A stretch of DNA of 64,000 nucleotides, from contig CAZUMR010000062.1 of assembly GCA_964622075.1 (NCBI GenBank), forward strand, positions 6,886 through 70,885. The letters are read 5' to 3'. Positions 9,448 to 17,962 of the stretch are shown here, piece by piece. This stretch comes from an uncultured archaeon. Lineage in GTDB: Archaea > Halobacteriota > Archaeoglobi > Archaeoglobales > Archaeoglobaceae. The stretch's first letter is position 1, and each line of letters begins with the position of its first letter. A program made the position numbers and the translations under genes. A model generated the notes under the pieces. It did not search any database. It saw only the letters and a program-made list of their open reading frames with translations, and was not told where the DNA came from.

Positions 9448-9587
9448 TTTTTATTTTATTTTAAAAATTTAATGCTTAAAATTTAAGCTACCATTATTTT
9501 AAAGTGCCAGATTAGCCTGCCAGAGTCTGCCAGATTAAAACCAGAAAAATCGGAAAGGGTAAAATCCATGAGCTCTGCTGTTCTGTT

Positions 9588-10991
9588 ATGTGCGGAATGT
9601 GTGGAGATCCCGTTCACCCAATAGACTACAGGTATGGCACGGATGAGATGAAGTCCATCTGGAGTGAGAGATCAAAAATTCTCAGAATGGTTGATGTGGA
9701 AGTTGCTCTCCTCAAAGCTCTCGCAAAGAGAGGTTATCTCAGTGAGGAGGAAGTAAAGAAAGCTGAAGAAGTAGCAAAAAACGTAACTCCTGAGAGGGTA
9801 AAGGAGATAGAGGCTGAAATCAGGCATGACGTAATGGCTCTCGTTAAGGCACTGTCCGAGCAGGTTGAAAAGGTGAGCAGAGAAGCTGCGAGGTGGATTC
9901 ACTTTGGGGCAACATCCAACGATATAATTGATACAGCAACTGCTACACAGCTGAGGGATTCTGTTGCCATAATTGAAAGAAAGCTCGTAGAGCTTGCAAA
10001 GATACTCGTTGATAAGGCTGAGAAGTACAGAAAAACTGTCTGTCTCGGCAGAACCCACGGTCAGGCAGCACTTCCAACGACCTACGGGTTCAGGTTTGCT
10101 CTGTGGGCAGCGGAGATTGCAAGGCACATTGAGAGGCTGGAAGAGCTGAAACCAAGGTTGCTTGTCGGACAGTTAAGCGGTGCAGTTGGAACTCAGGCAG
10201 CTTTTGGAGACGATGGTGTGGAAATCGAGAAGGACGTCATGGAAATTCTCGGCCTGAGACCGGCTATAATTTCGTCGCAGATAATCCCAAGGGATCACTA
10301 CTGCGAGTATTTATCCTATCTTGCGAACGTTTCGGCAACTCTTGAAAAGATAGCGACCAACATCAGAATCCTGCAGAGAGCAGAAGTGGCGGAACTGATG
10401 GAGGGCTTTGGAAAAAAGCAGGTAGGAAGTTCTACCATGCCGCATAAGAGAAATCCAATAGATTGCGAAAATGTCTGCGGTCTTGCAAGAGTAATCAGAG
10501 GATTTGACGAACCTCAGAGGCAGAGTTCCATACTCTGGGAGGAGAGAGATCTTACAAACTCCTCTGCTGAGAGGATAACTCTCGTTGAAAGCACCGTTTT
10601 ACTTGACCACATACTGACAAAGATGATAGGTGTGATGGAGAGACTTGAGGTTAACGAGGAGAACGCAAGGAAAAATCTTGAAAGGCTGGGTGGCATAAAT
10701 CTGAGTGAAGCTGTGATGATAGAACTGACCAGAAGAGGTCTGGGAAGGCAGGAAGCTCATGAACTCGTCAGAAACGCTGCTATGAGGTGTTACGAAACAG
10801 GCAAGTCTTTTGCTGAGTGTCTTATCGAGGATGATAAAATATCAAAAGTTTTATCTCATGATGATGTAACAAGATTGCTGAAGCCTGAGAACTACCTCGG
10901 TACTGTGGAAAAGAAAATTGAAAACGTCAGGAGTTACGTGATGGGTGTTGTGGAAAAAGCGTTGAACAGCTTGAACAATCAGAAAGTGTAA
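9588..10991 (+). CDS. purB: adenylosuccinate lyase
   Basis: HPIDYRYG N-terminus and fumarate-lyase signature GSSTMPHKRNP. The true start may be the ATG at 9597. Confidence 0.9.
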   Translation: MCGMCGDPVHPIDYRYGTDEMKSIWSERSKILRMVDVEVALLKALAKRGYLSEEEVKKAEEVAKNVTPERVKEIEAEIRHDVMALVKALSEQVEKVSREAARWIHFGATSNDIIDTATATQLRDSVAIIERKLVELAKILVDKAEKYRKTVCLGRTHGQAALPTTYGFRFALWAAEIARHIERLEELKPRLLVGQLSGAVGTQAAFGDDGVEIEKDVMEILGLRPAIISSQIIPRDHYCEYLSYLANVSATLEKIATNIRILQRAEVAELMEGFGKKQVGSSTMPHKRNPIDCENVCGLARVIRGFDEPQRQSSILWEERDLTNSSAERITLVESTVLLDHILTKMIGVMERLEVNEENARKNLERLGGINLSEAVMIELTRRGLGRQEAHELVRNAAMRCYETGKSFAECLIEDDKISKVLSHDDVTRLLKPENYLGTVEKKIENVRSYVMGVVEKALNSLNNQKV

Positions 10992-11078
10992 AAGTGTTTA
11001 ACGTTGAAATCTTTAACATCATTATTATGAGTAAAGTTTAAATACTCGTCGAATATAACTTAAAAGTGGTGATGCGAT

Positions 11079-11270
11079 ATGGTAAAGATAGTTCACGCAC
11101 AGACGGTCCTCCCTGAGCACGTGCTTGAGGAGCTGAAAAAGAAGACGGGAGAAAGTGCGACGAAGGACGCTATAGCAAAGGCTGTGGAACACTACCTCGT
11201 ATGCCCGTACACTCACGAAGAGCCTTTAGAAAAGAAGCTTGAAGAAGTAATCAAGAGGAAGAGGAGGTAG
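11079..11270 (+). CDS. small ribbon-helix-helix-like protein (candidate DNA-binding)
   Basis: 63 aa. The beta-strand plus two-helix pattern (IVHAQTVLPEHVLEELKKKTGESATKDAIAKAVEHYL) resembles CopG/Arc. GGTGAT Shine-Dalgarno and TATA upstream. Confidence 0.4.
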   Translation: MVKIVHAQTVLPEHVLEELKKKTGESATKDAIAKAVEHYLVCPYTHEEPLEKKLEEVIKRKRR

Positions 11271-11360
11271 CGGAGGTAACGAAAGTTTTTCTTTTTTAAC
11301 CTGATATTACTTACCGTAATATTTTAGCTTGGAAATATTTAAATACTGTTTTACACGCCC

Positions 11361-12857
11361 TTGGATGTGAAAGGCAAGTCTGGAGTTAAAAGCGTAGCTG
11401 AAATTAACGAAAAAATCAGAGAAGGTAACGTTTGTGTTGTTACGGCAGAAGAAATGAAAGAAATAGTTGAAGAGCTGGGAGCTGAAAGGGCTGCCAGAGA
11501 AGTTGACGTTGTTACGACCGGAACTTTTGGAGCGATGTGCTCTACCGGAGTTTTTCTGAATTTTGGTCATTCAGACCCGCCAATCAGGATGCAGAGAGTC
11601 TGGCTTAATGACGTTGAGGCTTACACCGGCATAGCTGCAGTTGACGCTTACCTCGGAGCAACCCAGCAGTCTGAGAAAAGTCAGGAGTACGGCGGAGCTC
11701 ACGTGATACAGGGGCTGGTCAGGGGAGAGGAAGTGGAGCTGAAGGCAACCTCAAGGGGAACTGACTGCTATCCGGAGAAGGAAGTTAATACTACCATCAC
11801 GATAGATGACTTGAATTTTGCAGAAATGGTAAATCCAAGAAATGCTTACCAGAGATATAACGCTGCGACAAACTCCTCTAACAGGGTTCTGAGAACTTAC
11901 ATGGGGACTTTGCTTCCAAACTTCGGAAACGTCAGCTTTGCTGGGTGTGGTGAAATTTCTCCCCTGATAAACGACCCTGAGTTCAGGACAATTGGAATCG
12001 GGACGAGAATATTCCTGTGCGGGGCTAAAGGGTACATTATAGGGCACGGAACACAGCACTGCCCGGGATACGCAACCCTGATGGTAAAGGCACCACTAAA
12101 GCAGATGAGTCCCGAATTTATGAGAGCGGCATACATGCCGGGTTATGGAGTCACAATGTTTGTGGGACTTGGAATTCCGATACCCGTTCTTGATGCAGAT
12201 ATGGCAGAAAAGCTGGCTGTGAGGGATGAGGAGATAAAAACGAAGATAATAGATTTTGGCGTTCAGAGGAGAGATAGACCGGTCGTCAGGGAAGTTACAT
12301 ATGCTGAACTGAAAAGCGGAAGGGTTGAGATAAACGGAGAGGAGGTCAGAGTTTCACCGCTATCAAGCGTTTATATGGCAAGAAAGATTATGGATGAACT
12401 GAAAGACAGAATACTGAAGGGAGAGTTCTTACTTTCAGAGCCTGTGGAGAGGCTGAAAGAAGGAGAGCCGATGAAACCTTTGAGAGTTGTTACAAGGCTC
12501 GTGAAGAGCGTTATGAACGAAGCCATTACCGTACATCCGGAAACGGACGTCAGGAGTGCGGCCAGGCTGATGATAGAAAAAGGTCTGAACCACCTGCCAG
12601 TTGTCGATGAAAGGGGAGTTCTTGTCGGAATAATCACCTCGTGGGATGTGGCAAAGGCTGTGGCCTCTGGTAAGACTGGAAAGGTCGGTGAAATCATGAC
12701 AAAGAGGGTTATTACTACGCATCCGAACGATGCAGTTGAGGTTGCTGCAAGAAAGATGGAGGCCCATGACATTTCGGCATTACCAGTTGTCGATGAGAAT
12801 GGCAGAGTTCTTGGCATAGTTACGAGCGAGGATCTCAGCAAACTCCTTGCGAGGTGA
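11361..12857 (+). CDS. COG1900-domain homocysteine biosynthesis protein with two C-terminal CBS domains
   Basis: The architecture matches the MA1821-type protein of anaerobic homocysteine synthesis. A CBS pair is visible (HPETDV...LPVVDERGVLVGIIT; ...LPVVDENGRVLGIVT). TTG or GTG start. Confidence 0.75.
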   Translation: MDVKGKSGVKSVAEINEKIREGNVCVVTAEEMKEIVEELGAERAAREVDVVTTGTFGAMCSTGVFLNFGHSDPPIRMQRVWLNDVEAYTGIAAVDAYLGATQQSEKSQEYGGAHVIQGLVRGEEVELKATSRGTDCYPEKEVNTTITIDDLNFAEMVNPRNAYQRYNAATNSSNRVLRTYMGTLLPNFGNVSFAGCGEISPLINDPEFRTIGIGTRIFLCGAKGYIIGHGTQHCPGYATLMVKAPLKQMSPEFMRAAYMPGYGVTMFVGLGIPIPVLDADMAEKLAVRDEEIKTKIIDFGVQRRDRPVVREVTYAELKSGRVEINGEEVRVSPLSSVYMARKIMDELKDRILKGEFLLSEPVERLKEGEPMKPLRVVTRLVKSVMNEAITVHPETDVRSAARLMIEKGLNHLPVVDERGVLVGIITSWDVAKAVASGKTGKVGEIMTKRVITTHPNDAVEVAARKMEAHDISALPVVDENGRVLGIVTSEDLSKLLAR

Positions 12858-12861
12858 TCGG

Positions 12862-13242
12862 ATGCTTTTCAAACTCAAGTTCGATTCGAAGGCTGTAAAG
12901 AAGCCTGTTATCTCCATGGTTACCCTGAAAACTTCCGCTCTCATCAACATAATACGGGCTGAGGTCGGGCCAAGGAGGGGAGAACTGATAGTCGAGGTTG
13001 AGGACAGTCTAGCTGATGAGGTGGAAAACTCTTTTAGAGAACTTGGAGTGGATGTCTGCAGACTGAAGAAGAAAGTTGAGAGAAGTGATGAGTGTGTTCA
13101 CTGCGGAGCTTGCCTGAGCATATGCCCGGTAGAGGCGATAGTCATTGGCGAGAGAGGGGAAATAGTGTTCCTCGATAACTGCGTGCTTTGCGGCAATTGC
13201 GTTGGCGTATGCCCGGTCAAAGCTCTTAGTCTGCCCGTTTAG
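12862..13242 (+). CDS. NIL domain / 2x[4Fe-4S] ferredoxin fusion (MA1822-type)
   Basis: CVHCGACLSICP and CVLCGNCVGVCP clusters after a NIL-like N-terminal domain. GAGGTGAT Shine-Dalgarno before the ATG at 12862. Confidence 0.75.
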   Translation: MLFKLKFDSKAVKKPVISMVTLKTSALINIIRAEVGPRRGELIVEVEDSLADEVENSFRELGVDVCRLKKKVERSDECVHCGACLSICPVEAIVIGERGEIVFLDNCVLCGNCVGVCPVKALSLPV

Positions 13243-13333
13243 TGACAGATACTTTCAGTTCAGTGATCGGTTCAGTGAAGTGATAGAGAAGCGAGAGGGA
13301 AGTGATGGGAAAGTGATAGGCTAAATAGGCTAA
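13241..13333. repeat. array of six AGTGA(T/A/C) motifs ending in a perfect 9-bp tandem duplication (ATAGGCTAA x2)
   Basis: AGTGAC at 13241, AGTGAT at 13262, AGTGAA at 13274, and AGTGAT at 13279, 13301 and 13312. ATAGGCTAA at 13316-13324 and 13325-13333. Confidence 0.8.
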
Positions 13334-13335
13334 AC

Positions 13336-14052
13336 ATGCCCTTCAGGAGATTTCGTTTCAGGCACATGCAGACTTCCGTAACGGTTCTGGCTGAGAGTGA
13401 GCAATCTTACAATCTCGTCGTAAAGAACATCCTTGAAGCAAGGAATCAGGTGGAAAGGGCAATAGCAGAGGAGCCCCTTTTTTACTCAAGTCTCGAACCT
13501 CTCCCGGAGGACATGTGGCCAGAGCTTGAAGTGCCGAGGAGAATGTGCGAAGCATCAGAACTTGCTGGAGTCGGGCCTATGGCTGCTGTAGCAGGTGGAA
13601 TAGCTCAGTATGCTGTTGAAAGGGTAAAAGAGCTGGTGGTAATAGATAACGGAGGAGACATCGTTATGAGAAACGACAGACTGATTGCGGGCATATTTCC
13701 TTCAAACTTTGGAGTCAAACTTGAGTTTCAGAGGCCGGAAATTTACTCCGTATGCACGTCGAGTGGTAGATACGGTCATTCCATCAGCTTCGGTGACTGC
13801 GACGCATCGGTGGTTCTTGCCAAGGATGGATTTGTGGCAGATGCTTTTGCTACAGCTCTTGGAAACGAAATAAAGCCCGGATTTGGAAGAGAGGAAATAG
13901 AGAATGCTCTTAAAGACTTCTGGAAAAGGGCGAAAAAGTACGTTGATGGAATTGTGGTCATTAAAGACGGTTACGTTGGAGTAGCAGGGAGAGTTGAGCT
14001 TGTTAAAGCAAACTTTGACGAGAGGCTGATCACGAAGTGGTCGCTGTTCTAG
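13336..14052 (+). CDS. UPF0280 / COG2122 ApbE-like protein
   Basis: GPMAAVAGGIAQ motif and about 240 aa size, typical of UPF0280. The genomic linkage with COG1900/NIL-ferredoxin is the known arrangement. Confidence 0.6.
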   Translation: MPFRRFRFRHMQTSVTVLAESEQSYNLVVKNILEARNQVERAIAEEPLFYSSLEPLPEDMWPELEVPRRMCEASELAGVGPMAAVAGGIAQYAVERVKELVVIDNGGDIVMRNDRLIAGIFPSNFGVKLEFQRPEIYSVCTSSGRYGHSISFGDCDASVVLAKDGFVADAFATALGNEIKPGFGREEIENALKDFWKRAKKYVDGIVVIKDGYVGVAGRVELVKANFDERLITKWSLF

Positions 14053-14903
14053 ACTTCTGGCTGTTCGGAATAGCAGCACTCTTTAGCATGCATCAGGTTT
14101 CGGTGAGAATAGGTACAATCAGAGCTGACACTCTTTCAGGCACTCTGATCAGCATAGCCACAACGGCCATTCTGTTTTCAGCACTTGCAGCACTGTTTTC
14201 CGGCATGCACTTTAATTCTGAATTTCTGATGCTTATGATAACTGCAGGCCTCATTCACTTCTTTCTTGCGAGAACAGTCTTTTACCAGTGTATAAGCAGG
14301 CTTGGAGCTAACGTGGCTGCAACCCTCGCTACTACGAGGATATTTTTTGCAGCCGTGCTTGGATACTTTTTACTTGGTGAGAGTGTTGGATACAAACTTG
14401 CCATTGCTGCCATTCTTGTTTTTGCGGGAGTTTTTGTCCTCACATTTCACGTCGTTTCTGATGGCTACGGTATAGCACTTGGTCTGCTTACCGGATTCCT
14501 CACAGCACTTGCTTCAGTTTTTGCAAGGAAAGGTATGGAGCTTTTTCCGGGAATTGGCAGTGCAATCGCCGGAACAGCTCTTGGTTATCTCTCTTCATTG
14601 CTTCTGTTTTTCGTTTTTTATTCGCTGATAATGCACAGGAAATTGGAATTTTCCCGGTCTTTTCTCCCGTTTGTTGCTGGAGGAATCTTCGTCGGTTTTG
14701 GACACCTGCTGAGATACATAGCACTGGCATACTACCCTGTCTGCTTCGTTGAAACTTTTGTCAGCATGTACCCTCTGTTCACATACTCTCTATCAGGCGT
14801 GCTGATAAAAAATGTGGAAGTTTTTAACATGAGGTTCTTTGTTTCAGCCTTTCTTATCCTTCTTGGAGCGGCAATTCTACTCTCTATGCCCGTAAAGCTT
14901 TGA
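14037..14903 (+). CDS. EamA/DMT-family transporter
   Basis: About 10 predicted TM helices in two halves. GTG start overlapping the upstream gene end. Confidence 0.65.
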   Translation: MVAVLDFWLFGIAALFSMHQVSVRIGTIRADTLSGTLISIATTAILFSALAALFSGMHFNSEFLMLMITAGLIHFFLARTVFYQCISRLGANVAATLATTRIFFAAVLGYFLLGESVGYKLAIAAILVFAGVFVLTFHVVSDGYGIALGLLTGFLTALASVFARKGMELFPGIGSAIAGTALGYLSSLLLFFVFYSLIMHRKLEFSRSFLPFVAGGIFVGFGHLLRYIALAYYPVCFVETFVSMYPLFTYSLSGVLIKNVEVFNMRFFVSAFLILLGAAILLSMPVKL

Positions 14904-15971
14904 GTAATTCTCTATAACCTCAACAATTTCCGTGACCCTCATTATGTCACTCCTTGTGACTATCCCGATAACTCTGCCACTTTCATCAACAACAGGTATT
15001 CTTCCTATACCTTTTTCCGTCATTATCTTCAAAATTTTATCAGCACTTGCATCAGGAGTTGTAACGACAACGTTTCTTGTCATGACATCCTCTACCCTCT
15101 CTCCCGGCTTCTCTATCAGGTCTTTCAGAGTTACTATTCCAAGAATCCTCCCGTACTCATCAACAACAGGATAACCAAGGTGCTTGTACTTCAGCATGAG
15201 CTCAAGCACCTCATCCTTTGGCGTATCGGGAGTAACGCAGATGGGATTTGGAGTCATGATGTCTGCAATTTTGAACCTGCTGAGCATGCCCTCAAGCGTT
15301 ACGTGCCTCTCCTCCTCTCCAGCTCCCAGGTAAACGAACAGTGCGATCAGTATCAGCCAGACGTTTCCTCCAATCAATCCGAAAACAGCCATGGCAATCG
15401 CCATGAACCTTCCAACCTCTGCAGCCGCTCTTGTTGCCTTTACGTACCCCATTTTCTGTGCGAGAAAACTTCTGAGAACTCTGCCTCCATCCATAGGGAA
15501 GGCGGGTATGAGGTTGAATGCACCGAGTATCGCATTGAAGTACCACATTATAAAGAAGAATCTCTGCAGAGGATCTGCTGATACTGCCATCAGCAGATAG
15601 CTCAAAAACGCAAGGAAAAAGCTACCAGCTGGCCCGGCTATTGCCATTATGAACTCTTTTCTTGGCTCTTTCGGTATCTCGTCTATTAACGAAACTCCTC
15701 CAAAAATAAACAGGACTATTCCCCTTACTTTTGAACCGAACTTTATTGCGAAGTAGGAGTGACATAGCTCGTGGAAGAGTATGCATGCGAAGAAGACGAT
15801 CGTCGTAATAACAGCCATTACAAGCCTCAAATCTGGAGGAAAATCGGCGTAGCCGTATGGAGGAGGCATTACATAGAAGGCGTATATCAGGAATGCAAGT
15901 ATGAATATCAGGCTGAAGTGCACCTTCACGTCTATTCCGGCAATTCTGCAGATCCTGAAAGACTGGCTCAT
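14877..15971 (-). CDS. site-2 protease (M50) family metalloprotease with two CBS domains
   Basis: HELCHS zinc motif, NLIPAFPMDGGR motif, and a C-terminal CBS pair. Its 3' end overlaps the convergent EamA gene by 27 nt. Confidence 0.85.
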   Translation of the reverse strand: MSQSFRICRIAGIDVKVHFSLIFILAFLIYAFYVMPPPYGYADFPPDLRLVMAVITTIVFFACILFHELCHSYFAIKFGSKVRGIVLFIFGGVSLIDEIPKEPRKEFIMAIAGPAGSFFLAFLSYLLMAVSADPLQRFFFIMWYFNAILGAFNLIPAFPMDGGRVLRSFLAQKMGYVKATRAAAEVGRFMAIAMAVFGLIGGNVWLILIALFVYLGAGEEERHVTLEGMLSRFKIADIMTPNPICVTPDTPKDEVLELMLKYKHLGYPVVDEYGRILGIVTLKDLIEKPGERVEDVMTRNVVVTTPDASADKILKIMTEKGIGRIPVVDESGRVIGIVTRSDIMRVTEIVEVIENYSKLYGHRE

Positions 15972-16043
15972 AAGCTGGATACAAAAGCCAAAGATTTAAA
16001 GTTTATCTGGGTTAGTTATCCCGTGCACGTCTTTCCAGAAGAC

Positions 16044-16598
16044 ATGTGGCATTTGCTCGAAAGTGAGGAAAGAAAGAAGAGGGAGCCGGCTGAAAGACTG
16101 GCAGAAATCATTAAAGAGAGAATCAGAAGAAGAAAAGTTGCCTTTGATATTGGGGCTGGGACAGGTTACTTTACAGTCCAGCTATCAAAACTATTCGAAA
16201 AAGTTTACGCTGTTGAGAGGAGTGAAAAGCTTGCGAGGATACTTGCCTCAAAGGCATCGAAGACTTCGGAAGCCTCAAAGACCTCGAAGGGTTTGAAAAA
16301 CATCGGAATAATAGTCTCCGAGAAACCACCGGAGATAGATTTTGATGTTGATCTCGTTCTTTTTGCCGACTCCCTGCATGAGATATCATGCAAAAAGGAG
16401 TATGTAGAGTGGTGCTGCAGCAGAAGCAAGTACGTTCTGATTGTGGACTGGAAAAAGGGAGTCTGCCAGAATGCCGGACCACCAGACTCTCACAGAATTG
16501 GAGAGGATGATGTAGCAGAGCTTTTCAGCTGCTACAAATTTGAGAAATTTGACATCTATCCCTGCCACTACGTTTTACTTGGTGTAAGGCAGAAATGA
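16044..16598 (+). CDS. class I SAM-dependent methyltransferase
   Basis: Motif I VAFDIGAGTGYF. The start is ATG 16044 or GTG 16023. The longer track ORF overlaps the M50 gene on the other strand. Contains a low-complexity ASKASKTSEASKTSKG insert. Confidence 0.65.
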   Translation: MWHLLESEERKKREPAERLAEIIKERIRRRKVAFDIGAGTGYFTVQLSKLFEKVYAVERSEKLARILASKASKTSEASKTSKGLKNIGIIVSEKPPEIDFDVDLVLFADSLHEISCKKEYVEWCCSRSKYVLIVDWKKGVCQNAGPPDSHRIGEDDVAELFSCYKFEKFDIYPCHYVLLGVRQK

Positions 16599-16661
16599 TG
16601 TGACACTGAATAACAAAAAACTGCGGAAAAAACTAAAAAGTTTGAGGGTTCGACATCCGCT

Positions 16662-17957
16662 GTGTCGAAAGTATCAAACAAACTGCTCTTCAACTCAATC
16701 CTGATAGTACTGGCACTAACTCTTGCAGTTACGCCTGTTTTTGCCAAGGTAGTTGTGGGTGTTAGCGCAGACTATACAATACTGTCATCCAGCACTATCA
16801 GGGATACTTTCACTCTGACGTTCAAAAATACGGGTAAAAATACAACACCCCTGAATCTGGAAATACCTATATCTCTGTTTTTGCAGAACTTTACTGTTAG
16901 AGACATTCCAAGAGGTTACGTCAGCTATACAGTAAAGAAGGTTGGAAACGAAAAAGTCCTCCTCCTAAAAATATCCAAGACACTATCCCCATTCGAAAAA
17001 TACAGGGTGATAATCGAGGGAAACGTACACGGCTTTATAGACTACATTGGCAACGGCGTTTACAGGTTTACTGCCGTTGAATATCCAAATTACTTTAACA
17101 GCATCGGAATTCCAGTGGATTCCATAAAGATCTCAGTTTCATTTCCTCAGGAATTTCTGTTTGCATACAGGGTAACTTCGGTCAGCTCAAACTCCCAGAT
17201 ATACTACAACGGTTTTAACAGTGTGGAAAAGGTCGAATGGAACTTCATTAACCCGACTTCTCAGGTTGTCGCTTTTGTCCAGTTTCAGAGAATTCCAAAC
17301 CTGATGGCAATAGACATAACGGCCGCAATCATAATATTTGCTGCTTTTCTTGCCCTGTTTTACCTGAACTATCGCTCTGAAAAGAAGTTCAGCAGGATGA
17401 AAGTTCTGTTCAGCACACCGTGGGGAGGAAACATTGTATCGACGATAAGGGAGATGTTTGGAAGGGCTGAGAGGGAGATTCTGATCACATCACCCCACAT
17501 ATACTACACTGACTGGCTCACTGCCGAGCTCAAACCGGCTATCGATAGGGGTGTTAAAGTAAGGATAATTACATGGCCGAGCTATGAGAGGAGAGCTTTC
17601 AGGAGTGTTGAAGAGGTGCGAGAGGATAGAAAACAGTACTTCACTCTCAAGCGTTTTCTCGAGATGTTTCCTCCGGGGACCGTCAGGCTGAACGATAACA
17701 TACATGCAAAAATGGTCGTGGTTGATGAAAAGAAAGTTATGATAACGACAGCAAACCTTACCCAGACTGGATTGTGGGAAAATTACGAAGTTGGCTTCAA
17801 GGCTGAAAGCGGAGAACTTGCCAAGCAAGCCAAAAACTTTTTTGAGATGGTGTGGAACTCTGAGGACACAATCGAGTTAAACGAGGAAACTCTCGATGCC
17901 AGAAAAGCGTGGGAGATTATAATGGAAAGGAAGAGAAGGAGAAGCGAGGAGAGGTGA
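16662..17957 (+). CDS. membrane-anchored protein with extracellular N-domain and a single cytoplasmic PLD/HKD domain
   Basis: Signal or TM segment at the N-terminus, a second TM (ITAAIIIFAAFLALFYL), and the HKD motif HAKMVVVDEKKVMITTANLT. Confidence 0.7.
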   Translation: MSKVSNKLLFNSILIVLALTLAVTPVFAKVVVGVSADYTILSSSTIRDTFTLTFKNTGKNTTPLNLEIPISLFLQNFTVRDIPRGYVSYTVKKVGNEKVLLLKISKTLSPFEKYRVIIEGNVHGFIDYIGNGVYRFTAVEYPNYFNSIGIPVDSIKISVSFPQEFLFAYRVTSVSSNSQIYYNGFNSVEKVEWNFINPTSQVVAFVQFQRIPNLMAIDITAAIIIFAAFLALFYLNYRSEKKFSRMKVLFSTPWGGNIVSTIREMFGRAEREILITSPHIYYTDWLTAELKPAIDRGVKVRIITWPSYERRAFRSVEEVREDRKQYFTLKRFLEMFPPGTVRLNDNIHAKMVVVDEKKVMITTANLTQTGLWENYEVGFKAESGELAKQAKNFFEMVWNSEDTIELNEETLDARKAWEIIMERKRRRSEER

Positions 17958-17962
17958 CAGAA

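Noticed and set aside
15771-16043. N-terminal extension of the methyltransferase ORF (track start 15771)
   Set aside because: This part overlaps the M50 protease gene on the opposite strand and has no methyltransferase-like sequence. The internal starts at 16023/16044 fit the intergenic position.
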